Numbered from the stretch's first letter, positions 9,451-20,158 are shown. The stretch is DNA of 64,000 bases from Candidatus Kapaibacterium sp. (GCA_963665665.1 OY762428.1:4864001-4928000), one strand, 5' to 3'. Notes: a model not told the origin generated them from the sequence alone. Program-made: numbers and translations.

Positions 9451-10386
9451 ATGGAATTGAGTTTAAAAAAAGGCAGTGCCTTTTGGGATTACTTTTTCTC
9501 GACAATTGGCGCAGCTGTAATGGCCCTTGGAATAAGCGTTTTTCTGATTGATGCACAAGTCGTACCGGGAGGCGTAAGCGGACTCTCGATGGCTATTCAC
9601 TACTTATCAAACAAAACTCTCCCTGTTGGTTTGATGATATGGATTCTGAATGTTCCACTTTATATCTGGGGCCTTAAAGAACTTGGTAAACGTTTTGGCA
9701 TCAGGACATTTTATTCCTTCACCATGAACTCTTTCTTCATTGATTTCTTCAGGGGTGATATTCCGGGATTCGGTTTTATTCGCCTGCATGAATCTGAAAC
9801 CGTGAAACAGCTTCTCGAACACGACTTTTTCTTCCTGATACTTATCGGTTCTGTATTGCTCGGCACAGGACTTGGAATAATCTTCAAATTCAAGGGTACA
9901 ACGGCTGGTTCGGATATTGTTGCAGCTATTATGCAGAAACGATTCGGCATAAAACCCGGCCAGGCAATCATGATCATTGATTTCTTTGTGATCTCTCTTG
10001 CCGGTATAATAATCGGTGCCAAAGGCCTTTCCCCGGATAAGCCTGCGCTGGTTCTGACGCTATATGCCTTTTTCCTTTTGTTTGTCTCATCAAAAATCAT
10101 CGATGTTATATTGGATGGTTTTGACTATGCACGTGCCGCATATATTATATCTGATAAATATAATGAAATTTCCGATGCCATTGTCAGGGACCTGTCCCGC
10201 GGTGCTACTGCTATTAAATCCAGGGGGCTTTATAAAGGTGTTGACAGGGAAGTTATCATGACTGTGGTAACATTGAAGGAAATTGGGCGGCTTGAGGAAA
10301 TTATCCGCAAGATCGACCCGGACGCATTCGTGATTGTTCACACCGTACACGAGGTGGTAGGCCGGGGATTCCGGCGAAGGATATAA
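9451..10386 (+). CDS. YitT family membrane protein (DUF161/DUF2179)
   Basis: PGGVSGL, LNVPL, GTTAGSDI, RGAT, IDPDAFVIV..VHEVVGRGF. Confidence 0.9.
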   Translation: MELSLKKGSAFWDYFFSTIGAAVMALGISVFLIDAQVVPGGVSGLSMAIHYLSNKTLPVGLMIWILNVPLYIWGLKELGKRFGIRTFYSFTMNSFFIDFFRGDIPGFGFIRLHESETVKQLLEHDFFFLILIGSVLLGTGLGIIFKFKGTTAGSDIVAAIMQKRFGIKPGQAIMIIDFFVISLAGIIIGAKGLSPDKPALVLTLYAFFLLFVSSKIIDVILDGFDYARAAYIISDKYNEISDAIVRDLSRGATAIKSRGLYKGVDREVIMTVVTLKEIGRLEEIIRKIDPDAFVIVHTVHEVVGRGFRRRI

Positions 10387-10412
10387 TTTTTGCAAAATAT
10401 TTAATAATTGAT

Positions 10413-10451
10413 AATCGTCCGGCGAATGAACAAACCGGACGATTTTTTTTT
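10413..10451 (+). terminator. Intrinsic terminator
   Basis: aatcgtccgg...ccggacgatt followed by a T-run. Confidence 0.8.
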
Positions 10452-10681
10452 ACAACCAAATACTTATTTAAGATTAAACCATTAAGATTTTAATATCTTA
10501 TAAACCATTAAATATGGCCCGGTTTGTATTTTTATTATATCAAATGATATTGTATAAACTATTAAGTTATCATTTGAATTTTTCCTGCCGGCTTCATTCA
10601 ATTACTTTTCAGATTAGTTAGTTTTTCTTATTTTTGTTCTTTTTTAAATACTTGATTTTGCAGACGGAAGAAAGAATAGTT

Positions 10682-11284
10682 ATGGAAGGAAAGACATACG
10701 AGAGAACGGAAAGAAGAAAAGAAAAACTAATGAACGTATTGAAGAAAAGACAGCCCGAACTAACAATTATTCTTGAAAATATTAACGATCCTCATAATAT
10801 GTCGGCTTGCCTGCGTTCCTGTGATGCCGTAGGTATTATGAAAGTATATATGATATACCATAGTGGCCAGCCTTTCCCGAAGCTTGGTGCTCAAAGTTCC
10901 GCCAGTGCAAAAAAATGGGTGGAATACGAACGCTTCGATACTGTAGAAGAATGCTTTACGAAATTGCGTAATGATGGATATAAAATCTATACTACCCACA
11001 TGGGCGAGGATTCCGTTTCGCTGTACAGCCTTGAATTGACTGGTAAGGTTGCCCTGATGTTTGGAAATGAACATTCAGGTGTATCTGCAGAAGCTTATGA
11101 AAATGCCGACGGAAACTTTCTGATTCCTCAGCACGGAATGATACAAAGCCTTAATATATCCGTAGCATGTGCTGTTTCTCTTTTTGAAGCTCAAAGACAA
11201 AGGCAGGTAGCCGGAAAATATGACATCCCACAACTTTCGTCAACTGAACTTGACAGCAAATATTCCGAATGGTTAAAAAAATAG
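10682..11284 (+). CDS. trmH: tRNA (guanosine-2'-O)-methyltransferase, SpoU/TrmH family
   Basis: ENINDPHNMSACLRSCDAVG, FGNEHSG, IPQHGMIQSLNISVA. Confidence 0.85.
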   Translation: MEGKTYERTERRKEKLMNVLKKRQPELTIILENINDPHNMSACLRSCDAVGIMKVYMIYHSGQPFPKLGAQSSASAKKWVEYERFDTVEECFTKLRNDGYKIYTTHMGEDSVSLYSLELTGKVALMFGNEHSGVSAEAYENADGNFLIPQHGMIQSLNISVACAVSLFEAQRQRQVAGKYDIPQLSSTELDSKYSEWLKK

Positions 11285-11356
11285 TGCCACACTTGATTTA
11301 ATGCTGTTTTCTGATTATCTTACCAAAGAGTAATTTTATCAATATCGGAACTTAAT

Positions 11357-13423
11357 ATGAGGCTTCCGTTCATATTCCTACTTTTTTTATTACCGCTAAA
11401 GATTTTTTCTGCCACGGAGAATCTTGATTCTCTTGAAAGTGCTCTGAAAATTGAAACAGTTGACAGTATAAGGGCAAAAATGCTAACTACTTTATCCAAA
11501 GAACATGCCAATAAAGGTTCGGATGAAGCACTTAAATATATTAATCGCCTCAGGGATATTTCTAAACAAAAGAATTATGGCAAACATTTAATTGATGTAG
11601 AAGCTAATTCTTTTATATATTATTCACGTAAAGGAAAACTGAAAGAAGCTCTGAAATATGGTGAAAAGATGTATTCACTTGCAAAGGCTCTTGAAAATCA
11701 GGAAAAAATGGCTGAAGCAAAGAATAAACTCGGTATTAATTATACAAGGCTCGGTGAATATGACAAAGCTGTTGAACTATTTACCGATGCAATTAAAATC
11801 TCGAAGAAACATAATATTCTAAATGTTGAAGCAAATTCTTATCTGATGCTGGGCATACTTAGTGAAAAAAGAAATAAAATTGAAGTAGCACACGATTATT
11901 TATTAAAAGCCCTTGATGCAGCAAACAAAAGCGATAAGAAAGATCGTTTATTACCAACAATTTATTCAAACTTATCAAGTTTCGAGATTTTACTCGGGCG
12001 TTATGATGAAGCTGCAAAACACCTGAATAATGTGATAGATATATATAAAAAGAAAAATGACCTGAACAGTTTGTCCATTGCATATAATAATAAAGCAATA
12101 TTATATTATCACCAGGAGGATTTTGAAACTGCGCTGAAGTGGTTCGAAGAATCAAAAAAGCTGAAAGTTAAACAGGAAAATATCATTGGTATTGCTCTTA
12201 TAGATATGAATATGGCCGAAATACTAATGAATATGAAAAATTATAAGAAAGCATTAAGAATTCTGGATTCTTCGAAAGTTGTATTTGATAGTACCGGAAC
12301 TATTGAATTATTAATTGAAGCATACAATACCGAAAACAAAATCAATATAGCCAGGGGGGATTTTAAAGCAGCACATAAATCTCTTGAAATGTATCATAAA
12401 TTAAATGATAGCATTCATAATAAGGCAAGTGAAAATAAGATAGCTGAAATTGAAACTCATTTCAAAGTTGCAGAAAAAGAATGGGAAAACGAACGATTGA
12501 AGGAACAGTCAGAAAACCAGAATTTAATTATCATTATTATTTTAATCCTGTCTTCCCTGATATTGATCCTGGCAGTTGCTTTAATATTTAAAAACAGATC
12601 GATGAATAAAACCAATGAAATATTGAAGGATCTTAATACTAAACTTGAAGATAAGCAGCTAAGAATCGAGAATCAGAACTACGAACTTGCCGAGTTAAAT
12701 TCCGACCTGGTTAAAACCAACCGGGAACTAAGTGAACTCAATGCAATGAAAGATAAATTTTTCTCTATCATTTCCCATGATTTGAAAAGCCCTCTCTCAT
12801 CCCTTTACTTAATGATTGAAATGCTCGTAGAGAACTATAATGATTTTTCCGGAGATGAATTGGAAGAAACACTTGAGCTATTAAAAGCGTCATCACGAAA
12901 CACCAGTTCTCTCCTTGAAAATCTACTGACCTGGTCGAGAACACAGATGAACAAAGTTGATTTCAACCCGGAACTGATTTCAATGCATAATCTTGCTGAA
13001 AGTACCATCAATGCTCTACAGTCTTCTGCATATATCAAACGAATAGAAATTGAAAATGAAATACCTGATAATCTGAAAGTATCATGCGATTATCCCATGA
13101 TATCAACTGTTATCAGAAACATCACGAACAATTCAATCAAATTTACACCTGAAGGCGGTAAAATAATTGTATCAGCAGCTGATGAAAAAGATTATTTGAG
13201 GATATCGATAGAAGACAATGGTGTGGGAATGAATGAAGATGCAAAGAACAATTTATTCCTGCTTGACAAAGCCAGCTCTACACCTGGAACGAATAATGAA
13301 AAAGGTACCGGTTTAGGACTTATTATTGTTAAGGAATTTATCGAAAAACATGAAGGAAAAATCTGGGCTGAGAGTGAAAAAGGAATAGGAACAACATTTC
13401 ATTTTACCATAAAAAAAGACTGA
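11357..13423 (+). CDS. TPR-repeat sensor histidine kinase
   Basis: Signal peptide, TPR repeats, TM, H-box SIISHDLKSP, N-box NNSIKFT, DNGVG, GTGLGL. Confidence 0.92.
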   Translation: MRLPFIFLLFLLPLKIFSATENLDSLESALKIETVDSIRAKMLTTLSKEHANKGSDEALKYINRLRDISKQKNYGKHLIDVEANSFIYYSRKGKLKEALKYGEKMYSLAKALENQEKMAEAKNKLGINYTRLGEYDKAVELFTDAIKISKKHNILNVEANSYLMLGILSEKRNKIEVAHDYLLKALDAANKSDKKDRLLPTIYSNLSSFEILLGRYDEAAKHLNNVIDIYKKKNDLNSLSIAYNNKAILYYHQEDFETALKWFEESKKLKVKQENIIGIALIDMNMAEILMNMKNYKKALRILDSSKVVFDSTGTIELLIEAYNTENKINIARGDFKAAHKSLEMYHKLNDSIHNKASENKIAEIETHFKVAEKEWENERLKEQSENQNLIIIIILILSSLILILAVALIFKNRSMNKTNEILKDLNTKLEDKQLRIENQNYELAELNSDLVKTNRELSELNAMKDKFFSIISHDLKSPLSSLYLMIEMLVENYNDFSGDELEETLELLKASSRNTSSLLENLLTWSRTQMNKVDFNPELISMHNLAESTINALQSSAYIKRIEIENEIPDNLKVSCDYPMISTVIRNITNNSIKFTPEGGKIIVSAADEKDYLRISIEDNGVGMNEDAKNNLFLLDKASSTPGTNNEKGTGLGLIIVKEFIEKHEGKIWAESEKGIGTTFHFTIKKD

Positions 13424-13487
13424 AAAACTATTTTTAAAAGTTTATATTTGTATCAAATTCATTTGATAAACAATCAGGAATGAAAAT

Positions 13488-14084
13488 ATGGACAGATTAT
13501 CTGCTGCTGAATCGATAATGATAAGCCAGAAAAAGGAATGGGGAGAGATCATTACCGGCTTTGAAACAAAGAATAAATACCAGATAATGACTCAGGACGG
13601 CAGCCCGCTGTATTTTGCCGGTGAAACCGGGGGAAATTTCCTTATGCGTATGTTCCTTAAAGGCTCAAGGCCATTTGAAATGACGGTAATGGATTCTTCC
13701 GGCAAAGTTATTCTGAAGGTAAACAGGCCTTTTAGATTTTTCTTTCCTGAATGTACTGTCAGCGACGGCTCCGGCAAAATACTTGGCCAGGTAAAATGGA
13801 ATTTTGCAATTTTCAGAAAAAAATATACCGTTCTTGATAAAAATGCTATGGAAATATTCCGCTACTTCGGCCCTGCTTTGAAACCCTGGACATTCAAGAT
13901 AATGAACGGAGAGCAGGAAGTTGGGATTATTACCAAGAAATGGAGCGGCCTTTTCAAAGAAGCTTTCTCTGATGCCGATAACTTCGGTATTCAGTTTCCT
14001 CCCGGCCTTTCTGTTGAACAAAAGGCATTGTTGCTTGGCTCTGTATTCCTGATAGATTTTGTTCATTTCGAAAACAAGAATTAG
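13488..14084 (+). CDS. Phospholipid scramblase / tubby-C-like protein
   Basis: GFETKNKY, RPF, ITKKWSG, FSDADNFGIQFP, KALLLGSVFLIDF. Confidence 0.8.
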   Translation: MDRLSAAESIMISQKKEWGEIITGFETKNKYQIMTQDGSPLYFAGETGGNFLMRMFLKGSRPFEMTVMDSSGKVILKVNRPFRFFFPECTVSDGSGKILGQVKWNFAIFRKKYTVLDKNAMEIFRYFGPALKPWTFKIMNGEQEVGIITKKWSGLFKEAFSDADNFGIQFPPGLSVEQKALLLGSVFLIDFVHFENKN

Positions 14085-14144
14085 CTCTTATTCCGGACAG
14101 AATTTCTTATAAGACTAAAACTATCTGAATGGAATGTTTATTAC

Positions 14145-14177
14145 AGCCTGATCCCTGACGCTGTCGGGGATCAGGCT
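14145..14177. terminator. Strong hairpin between convergent genes
   Basis: agcctgatccctgac-gct-gtcggggatcaggct. Confidence 0.6.
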
Positions 14178-14338
14178 TGTATTTATTGAGATGTATGAAA
14201 AGCAATATTTTCCAACACTCACCTTTTAGATATTCCCTATATTAAAAAAATTGGGAAAAAAGTTTAAATTGCAATTTGAAAAAGCATCCAACGATAAGCA
14301 TTGAACGAAGCATTATCCGAACACTACTATAAAGATAT

Positions 14339-17300
14339 TTATCTGTTAACAACAAACCTGGATTTGTATTTAACAGCACCGTCCCGGATTGTAATAAAAT
14401 ACACACCCGAAACAAGGCCGCTTATATCAACTTTTATCAAATCTCCCGAATTATTTATTTCTGTTTTAGCGACAGCAATATTACCCGTGATATCAATAAT
14501 TGAAATTTTCGGGGTATTTACTATTTCTGGCAAACGAATATATACATAACTTTCTGCAGGCTGTGGATAGATTAACATGCCATAAATATTATTATCAGAA
14601 CCTTCGGAAATTCCTACCAGGAAGTCATTCGGAGCTCCCGGTGTACCGTAAGTTTTTGAAGCAGCCCAATTTCTGCCAAGGCTGTTGTCAAGTTCCCAGG
14701 AAATCAGTGAAGCGGAGTGTCCGTCGCCGTCAGCTTCTTCCGGCCAGGGAGATTTATCGTCATAGTTCAAAGAATCAACCAAAATACCATTGTTGTCGTA
14801 CAGCCTTATCAGCTCCCCTGATGCACTAAGTCCGAAATCCATTGTTCCAATTACATTATTAACATCGGGAAAGAATTTGCCGAAGGCATTCAGATCATCA
14901 CTCAATACCAAATATCCGTCAGCCGGAATAATAGTTCCATCCGGGAAAATAAATTTATGAGCATCGTTTCCGTCAGAGAAATACCAGTTAGTGATATCAA
15001 TCTCTTCATCTGCGGGATTGTAAAATTCCACCCAGTCGCCACATTCAAAATCGTTGTGGGAATTATAATTAATCTCGTTAATAACAAGTTTGTTGCTTGG
15101 CTTTTCGTAATAATAAGCCCCAATATCCGAACGGCTGCCGTCAGGGTCTGTATAATCCGGAGAACCGGTATTAATGCAGGGCGATCCGCTTGTTAATTTG
15201 AAATTATTATCAACAATGTTTACAAAGAGAGGATTGCCATTGAAATTGCCATCACCGTCCAATGTACCATTATCGCTTATGCAGTAATTTACATTCGAAT
15301 CAGAACCACTTTCAATACTGATATCCTTTTCATTTTCGAAGAATATACAATTTATCACATCGGCATTGCCGGGCTTGTCGAAGTCTTTGGTATTAATATC
15401 AATACCGGATGCATTCTTATAAAAAGTATTATTCAGAATCAAGGCTCCGGCATTATCTTTCACGTTAACCGCGATGCCCGAATTAATTATCACATTCCTG
15501 CTGATAAATATATTTTCTTTTGGATTGCCTTCGATATTCCTAATGGATATAGCCTTGTCAGCTATTTTATCAAAGAAACAATTATTAATATGAACAAGTT
15601 TCGAATCGTTCAGGTCGATTCCGTCATCAGACGAACCGGAAAATTTGCAGGATTCAATTCTTATTGAATCGCTGAACATATATTCCACGGCATCATTAAC
15701 GTTAAGGAATTTGCAGTTAATAATATCGCCTCCGGAGTAGTCGCCGATGATACCTTCGCTGCTTTTGTCAGATAAAAATACAGAATTATTTATATCCGTG
15801 TTGCAACTGTCGAAAAAGAAGAAATAATTTTCATTTCCCGTACAGGAGTATCTTTCAGCTTTTAAATGGTCTATATCAACATCTGTTTTCAAGGAGTATA
15901 CAGAGCCATTCAAAATATTTGTATGGCTGATAATGCAATCGTCAACAGCATTATCAAAACTGATCTTTGCCCAGGCATTATGATTGGGAACAGGCGCTAA
16001 AACAACCGGTTCTGCAACAGTACCTGCTGATTCAAATCCTCCGTAAATTGTTATTGATTTCCCCTCGGATATAAACAGAGTAGCGCCGGGCATAAATTTT
16101 AACTTACCGGTTTGGCTGACTGTCAGGTCGCAGTTCAGCCTGTACGGAGAATTTTCCTTTGTAAGAATATATTCCCCGTCGATATCACATGGCAGAACAG
16201 TTCCGTTTTTCACTTCCAGAATATGAAAGTCATCATAACCGTATGTTTCCCAGTCTCCGTCATAAGCTTTCACGTACCAATAATATTTGCCTTCTTCAAT
16301 AACGGCAGTATAAGTAGTATCTGTCAGGTCTCTGACAAATGTTGCATATTCTTCTTCATAAGAAACCCGGGTTGACCACGCAAGTTCGTATTTTACCGGG
16401 TTACCCGACCTTGATTCCGAAGGATGCCATGAAAAGCGAACGGTATCCATTGCCAGCCTTACACCGGGGTTAACCATGAAGTTCTTTGGTTTTTTCTGCA
16501 TCTGTTCCAATACTATTCCTGCTCTTTGCTGAATATAGCTTTTATCATGATCGATAGCAGCATCAAATACGGCCATATCGCTGAAGATTTTCGTTGTATC
16601 TTCTTCCACGGCAGTTCTGATCACAGTTTTCAAACTGTCAATGATAGGCCCGAGATGCTCGATATTATAATATTTATCGCTGAACTCCATAATTTTCCCT
16701 TTTATATCGGAAAATATCTGATCATCGATAAAAGCCCTTTCCGGATACGGGTTGTCAGGATAACCTGTTAATGAACTGATATCAAAATGTGTATGAATAT
16801 AATATTGCCCAATAGTTTTATCAAGATCCCACGGGGTCATAAACCATTTGCCGCTTCGGTTTATATCATGGAACATGTGGTAATTATGATAATAGGTGCT
16901 ATAATTGCTGATAAGGATATTCATGGCAATTATCGAGACCATATTCTCGTAATTGAATGTTTCCCTGGCCCACTGTAGATAATCATCCTCAGGAACAGTA
17001 TTAATATTGTCAATTAATTCCTGAAGGTCGCCCGTACCGAGATTTTCATTTGTTTTCTTTTCCCAGTACCTGCTAATATCATCCCAAATACCAAGGCTTG
17101 CCCAGTCTTTTGTGGCTTTGTACAAATTACCGTTCCTGTCAAGTCCCCGATTTTTCAGGAAATCAGTATCAACATTTTCAACCATCAGATAAATGCCCAG
17201 ATAAGAACCGTTCAAATAAATTTTTGCATGCTCGCTTTTAAAGCAGTACAGGCCTGCATCGTTGAAAAGCCTTGTAGATAAATACTGGTGCATCAGAGTA

Positions 17301-17608
17301 TTGTCCAGGTATTCAGCGTTCAGGTTCAGCACATCGCTGCCGGAGATAAACTCACCGGAATCAAATTTTATCTTCAGAGATTTCTTTGGATATTCCCTTG
17401 ATCCGTCTCCTCTGACACGCATACGGCAGTCAGCCCAGGTTTTATCCCCGTACTGAACCGTAACAGGAATATAATAATCCTCGGCAAAATGTTCGTACAT
17501 CTTCTCAAAATCGCCAGCCTGGCTGGTCAGGTAAATAGATTTAAGTTCATCAGCCGATAAAGTTATCGAAGCAAGAAACAGCAAAAACGCTGAAATGAAA
17601 TATTTCAT
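14339..17608 (-). CDS. CotH kinase family protein with beta-helix, lamin-tail domain and T9SS CTD
   Basis: RVRGDGSREYPKKSLKI, YLGIYLMVE, HNY, PWDLD; VINEINY..DWVEFYN (LTD); IYPQPA..SGVYFI CTD. Confidence 0.88.
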   Translation of the reverse strand: MKYFISAFLLFLASITLSADELKSIYLTSQAGDFEKMYEHFAEDYYIPVTVQYGDKTWADCRMRVRGDGSREYPKKSLKIKFDSGEFISGSDVLNLNAEYLDNTLMHQYLSTRLFNDAGLYCFKSEHAKIYLNGSYLGIYLMVENVDTDFLKNRGLDRNGNLYKATKDWASLGIWDDISRYWEKKTNENLGTGDLQELIDNINTVPEDDYLQWARETFNYENMVSIIAMNILISNYSTYYHNYHMFHDINRSGKWFMTPWDLDKTIGQYYIHTHFDISSLTGYPDNPYPERAFIDDQIFSDIKGKIMEFSDKYYNIEHLGPIIDSLKTVIRTAVEEDTTKIFSDMAVFDAAIDHDKSYIQQRAGIVLEQMQKKPKNFMVNPGVRLAMDTVRFSWHPSESRSGNPVKYELAWSTRVSYEEEYATFVRDLTDTTYTAVIEEGKYYWYVKAYDGDWETYGYDDFHILEVKNGTVLPCDIDGEYILTKENSPYRLNCDLTVSQTGKLKFMPGATLFISEGKSITIYGGFESAGTVAEPVVLAPVPNHNAWAKISFDNAVDDCIISHTNILNGSVYSLKTDVDIDHLKAERYSCTGNENYFFFFDSCNTDINNSVFLSDKSSEGIIGDYSGGDIINCKFLNVNDAVEYMFSDSIRIESCKFSGSSDDGIDLNDSKLVHINNCFFDKIADKAISIRNIEGNPKENIFISRNVIINSGIAVNVKDNAGALILNNTFYKNASGIDINTKDFDKPGNADVINCIFFENEKDISIESGSDSNVNYCISDNGTLDGDGNFNGNPLFVNIVDNNFKLTSGSPCINTGSPDYTDPDGSRSDIGAYYYEKPSNKLVINEINYNSHNDFECGDWVEFYNPADEEIDITNWYFSDGNDAHKFIFPDGTIIPADGYLVLSDDLNAFGKFFPDVNNVIGTMDFGLSASGELIRLYDNNGILVDSLNYDDKSPWPEEADGDGHSASLISWELDNSLGRNWAASKTYGTPGAPNDFLVGISEGSDNNIYGMLIYPQPAESYVYIRLPEIVNTPKISIIDITGNIAVAKTEINNSGDLIKVDISGLVSGVYFITIRDGAVKYKSRFVVNR

Positions 17609-17914
17609 GGTTCCTCTTGAATAATTGCAATTATTACATATTCAATAACACAGCAAACCCAAAAAGGTCTCAGGAAATTGAAAATAATATCGTTTTGAAA
17701 ATTACGAAAAAAGAAGAAATAAACATTGATCTAAAGTTACTCCTGAAAAAAGTCAGTAATTAATTTATTTTGAAGCAGGGATAATTGCCTGGAAATATTG
17801 TGCAATATTAATCCAAACAAAATTGAATTACATATCTTTTTTATGCAATTCTTTGATTATGTTCCCCTTCAAAATAAAAATTAATAATAACATATTGGTC
17901 TGTTCGCATCTGCC

Positions 17915-17960
17915 ATGACAATTTTGTCATTTCATTAGAAATTATCGACAAATTTGTCGA
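17915..17960. promoter_or_regulatory. Tandem palindromic enhancer (bEBP UAS) sites
   Basis: ATGACAattTTGTCAT (17915-17930) and TCGACAaatTTGTCGA (17945-17960), 30 bp apart, upstream of a sigma54 motif. Confidence 0.65.
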
Positions 17961-18024
17961 TAATATTACCAATAAGTAATATTCTATAATGCAATGATAT
18001 TGATAAATAGAGACTTATAATTTA

Positions 18025-18040
18025 TGGCACAGCAATTGTA
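18025..18040 (+). promoter_or_regulatory. Sigma54 (-24/-12) promoter
   Basis: TGGCAC-AGCAA-TTGTA versus consensus TGGCAC-N5-TTGCW. Confidence 0.65.
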
Positions 18041-18109
18041 AATAATTAATCAAGGCGCCGCTAAGGTAAAAGAAAAGTTTAAAGAAGAATTTTTGACAAG
18101 GAGAATATC

Positions 18110-18553
18110 ATGAAAAAGTATCTGGCAATAGCAGCAACATTTGTAATGGCAATGGTTTTAACAGCAAGCATGACTTTGGCACAGGAAGAAACACCATCAA
18201 AACTCAGGCTTCATCAGAACAGCGAAGGAACTAATTTTGTAGATGCAGACGGCGACGGCGTATGTGACAATGAACCGGCAGAAGCAGGAACCCGAAGAGG
18301 AAACAGGGGACTTGAAAGACCAAACTTCGTAGATGCAGATGGTGACGGAATTTGTGACAATGAAGGTGCCGGCCTCGGAAACGGATCAGGCAACGGTTTG
18401 AAAAGAAACTTTGTAGATGCAGACGGTGACGGTGTATGCGACAACTTCGGGACAGAATCATCCAGGTTGCGTCAGAACCTGAAAGACGGCTCAGGTACAG
18501 GTGAAATGATGCAATCAGCAAGCAAAAAAGGCAATGGCAGAAGAGGCCGTTAA
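18110..18553 (+). CDS. Small exported protein with three NFVDADGDGxCDN repeats
   Basis: AGGAG RBS, signal peptide, DxDxDG Ca-binding-like repeats with Gly/Arg/Asn linkers. Confidence 0.85.
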   Translation: MKKYLAIAATFVMAMVLTASMTLAQEETPSKLRLHQNSEGTNFVDADGDGVCDNEPAEAGTRRGNRGLERPNFVDADGDGICDNEGAGLGNGSGNGLKRNFVDADGDGVCDNFGTESSRLRQNLKDGSGTGEMMQSASKKGNGRRGR

Positions 18554-18571
18554 TTGAAGAAAGTGAGAAAA

Positions 18572-18598
18572 AAAACGGGCGGAATATCCGCCCGTTTT
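18572..18598 (+). terminator. Intercistronic hairpin/terminator
   Basis: aaaacgggcgga-ata-tccgcccgtttt. Confidence 0.7.
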
Positions 18599-18629
18599 AA
18601 AAAAAAATAGTTCACAGGAGGGAAATATC

Positions 18630-19751
18630 ATGAAAAGAACGAAATTATATCTGACACCGGCATTAATGATCTTATTATCAGTAAGCCTGGCATACACAAC
18701 ACTTGAAGCACAATGGGTAGGAACTTTCACAACAAGCAATTCTTATGATGATAACATTTTCGGTATAAACGAAATGCAGAATGGCATAATTAATTCAAAC
18801 AATCTTTTTATCGGTTATGCACCTGATTCGGCACATTATGCTTTGAGTTATTCTGGAAGGCTGCTTTTTGTAGGAGGAATTGAAGACCTTGGATACAATT
18901 CACACGATCTTGCTTATTCCTATACTTATAAATACGGTGATTATTCGGAAAATTCCCTGGCTGCTCTTCTGAAAGGCCGGGCACGATTCAACAGCGATGC
19001 TTATAATACATATAATAACACAGTATTAATAGCAGGAATTAATTCCGAGCACGAAATTACACAAACCTTTATTCTTAGTTCAGGATACTACTACAGGCAA
19101 AAAGATTACAATAACAGCCCTGATCTGTCTTACTCGGAACACGAGGTATTTACAGGATTCAGGAAGTACCTGGAAACAAATACAAGTATTCATATAAATG
19201 CGGCTTATCAGATAAAATCTGCAAACTCTGTATTCGGATCGTTATTTGAAAAAGGGAAAAACGGGAACAGTGGTGAAAGTTTCAGCCAGATGGAAATATC
19301 TGCAAAAGTGGGACAGTCGCTGGCAGAAAAAACAGGATTGAGCCTTATGTATAAAAGGAAATTCGACCTTGGAAGCGAGAACTATTCCGGAACAATGTCA
19401 TATATTGATTATTTCATGGAAACAGAATTATATGACGATCCATACAGCTATCAAAGCAATGAGTACAGTCTGACATTAACACAGATTTTCCCATGGTCGA
19501 TAATGGCTAAGCTTAGTGGCTTTTACGCTGACAAATCCTATAACTACCTTGTGGATAATCAAATTGATAAAAGATCGGACAGCTATTCTGGAATATCCCT
19601 ATTCGCGCAGAAATCATTCCGGCTTGATTCCGGTGTCATACGCTATATTAACGTCAGTATGAACTATAGTTATATCAACAATGATACAAATCTCGATTAT
19701 TTCAGGTATCATAATAATTCGCTCGGCATTAATTTCAGTTTCGGTTTATAA
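18630..19751 (+). CDS. Outer-membrane beta-barrel protein
   Basis: Signal peptide, YDDNI motif, alternating aromatic strands, C-terminal INFSFGL. Confidence 0.75.
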   Translation: MKRTKLYLTPALMILLSVSLAYTTLEAQWVGTFTTSNSYDDNIFGINEMQNGIINSNNLFIGYAPDSAHYALSYSGRLLFVGGIEDLGYNSHDLAYSYTYKYGDYSENSLAALLKGRARFNSDAYNTYNNTVLIAGINSEHEITQTFILSSGYYYRQKDYNNSPDLSYSEHEVFTGFRKYLETNTSIHINAAYQIKSANSVFGSLFEKGKNGNSGESFSQMEISAKVGQSLAEKTGLSLMYKRKFDLGSENYSGTMSYIDYFMETELYDDPYSYQSNEYSLTLTQIFPWSIMAKLSGFYADKSYNYLVDNQIDKRSDSYSGISLFAQKSFRLDSGVIRYINVSMNYSYINNDTNLDYFRYHNNSLGINFSFGL

Positions 19752-19782
19752 AAATTGATATTTCGTTCTCAGGTGAACAATG

Positions 19783-19819
19783 CTCTTGCCCGTGGAATTT
19801 CCAGGGCAGGAGTTTTTTT
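19783..19819 (+). terminator. Intrinsic terminator
   Basis: ctcttgccc...gggcaggag + T-run. Confidence 0.7.
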
Positions 19820-19867
19820 ATACAGAAATACCTCATTATTCACTATTTATTACTATAGTCAATTGGA

Positions 19868-19928
19868 GAGCAGCGAAGAATCCATAACCCGCATGAATAC
19901 TGGGTTCTTCACTTTATTCAGAATGACA
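19868..19928. repeat. Degenerate REP-like element (GCGAAGAATC...CAGAATGAC family)
   Basis: Related copies at 54774-54864 and 59571-59644. Confidence 0.55.
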
Positions 19929-19985
19929 AATCGACAAATCGTAAATATTTTAAATAAAAAGACATTATCCACATCTTTCCAAAAC

Positions 19986-20105
19986 GAAGGCGGCGTAGCC
20001 ACGGCATTTTTGCAGGAAGATAAACACGGGATAAATAACAGCCCCGTAGGTGCGGCATAAACAAAAGAATATACGGTTCCTACGGAGCTTTTTATATATC
20101 ATTTC
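19986..20105. repeat. REP/BIME-like palindrome cluster (GCGGCGTAGCC, GCCCCGTAGG, CCTACGGAGC)
   Basis: Homologous to the reverse complement of 59654-59828. Confidence 0.8.
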
Positions 20106-20158
20106 ATCATAGCTAAGAGAAGTTTTTTAAAAACAATTTTCAATCCCAATACAAGCAA

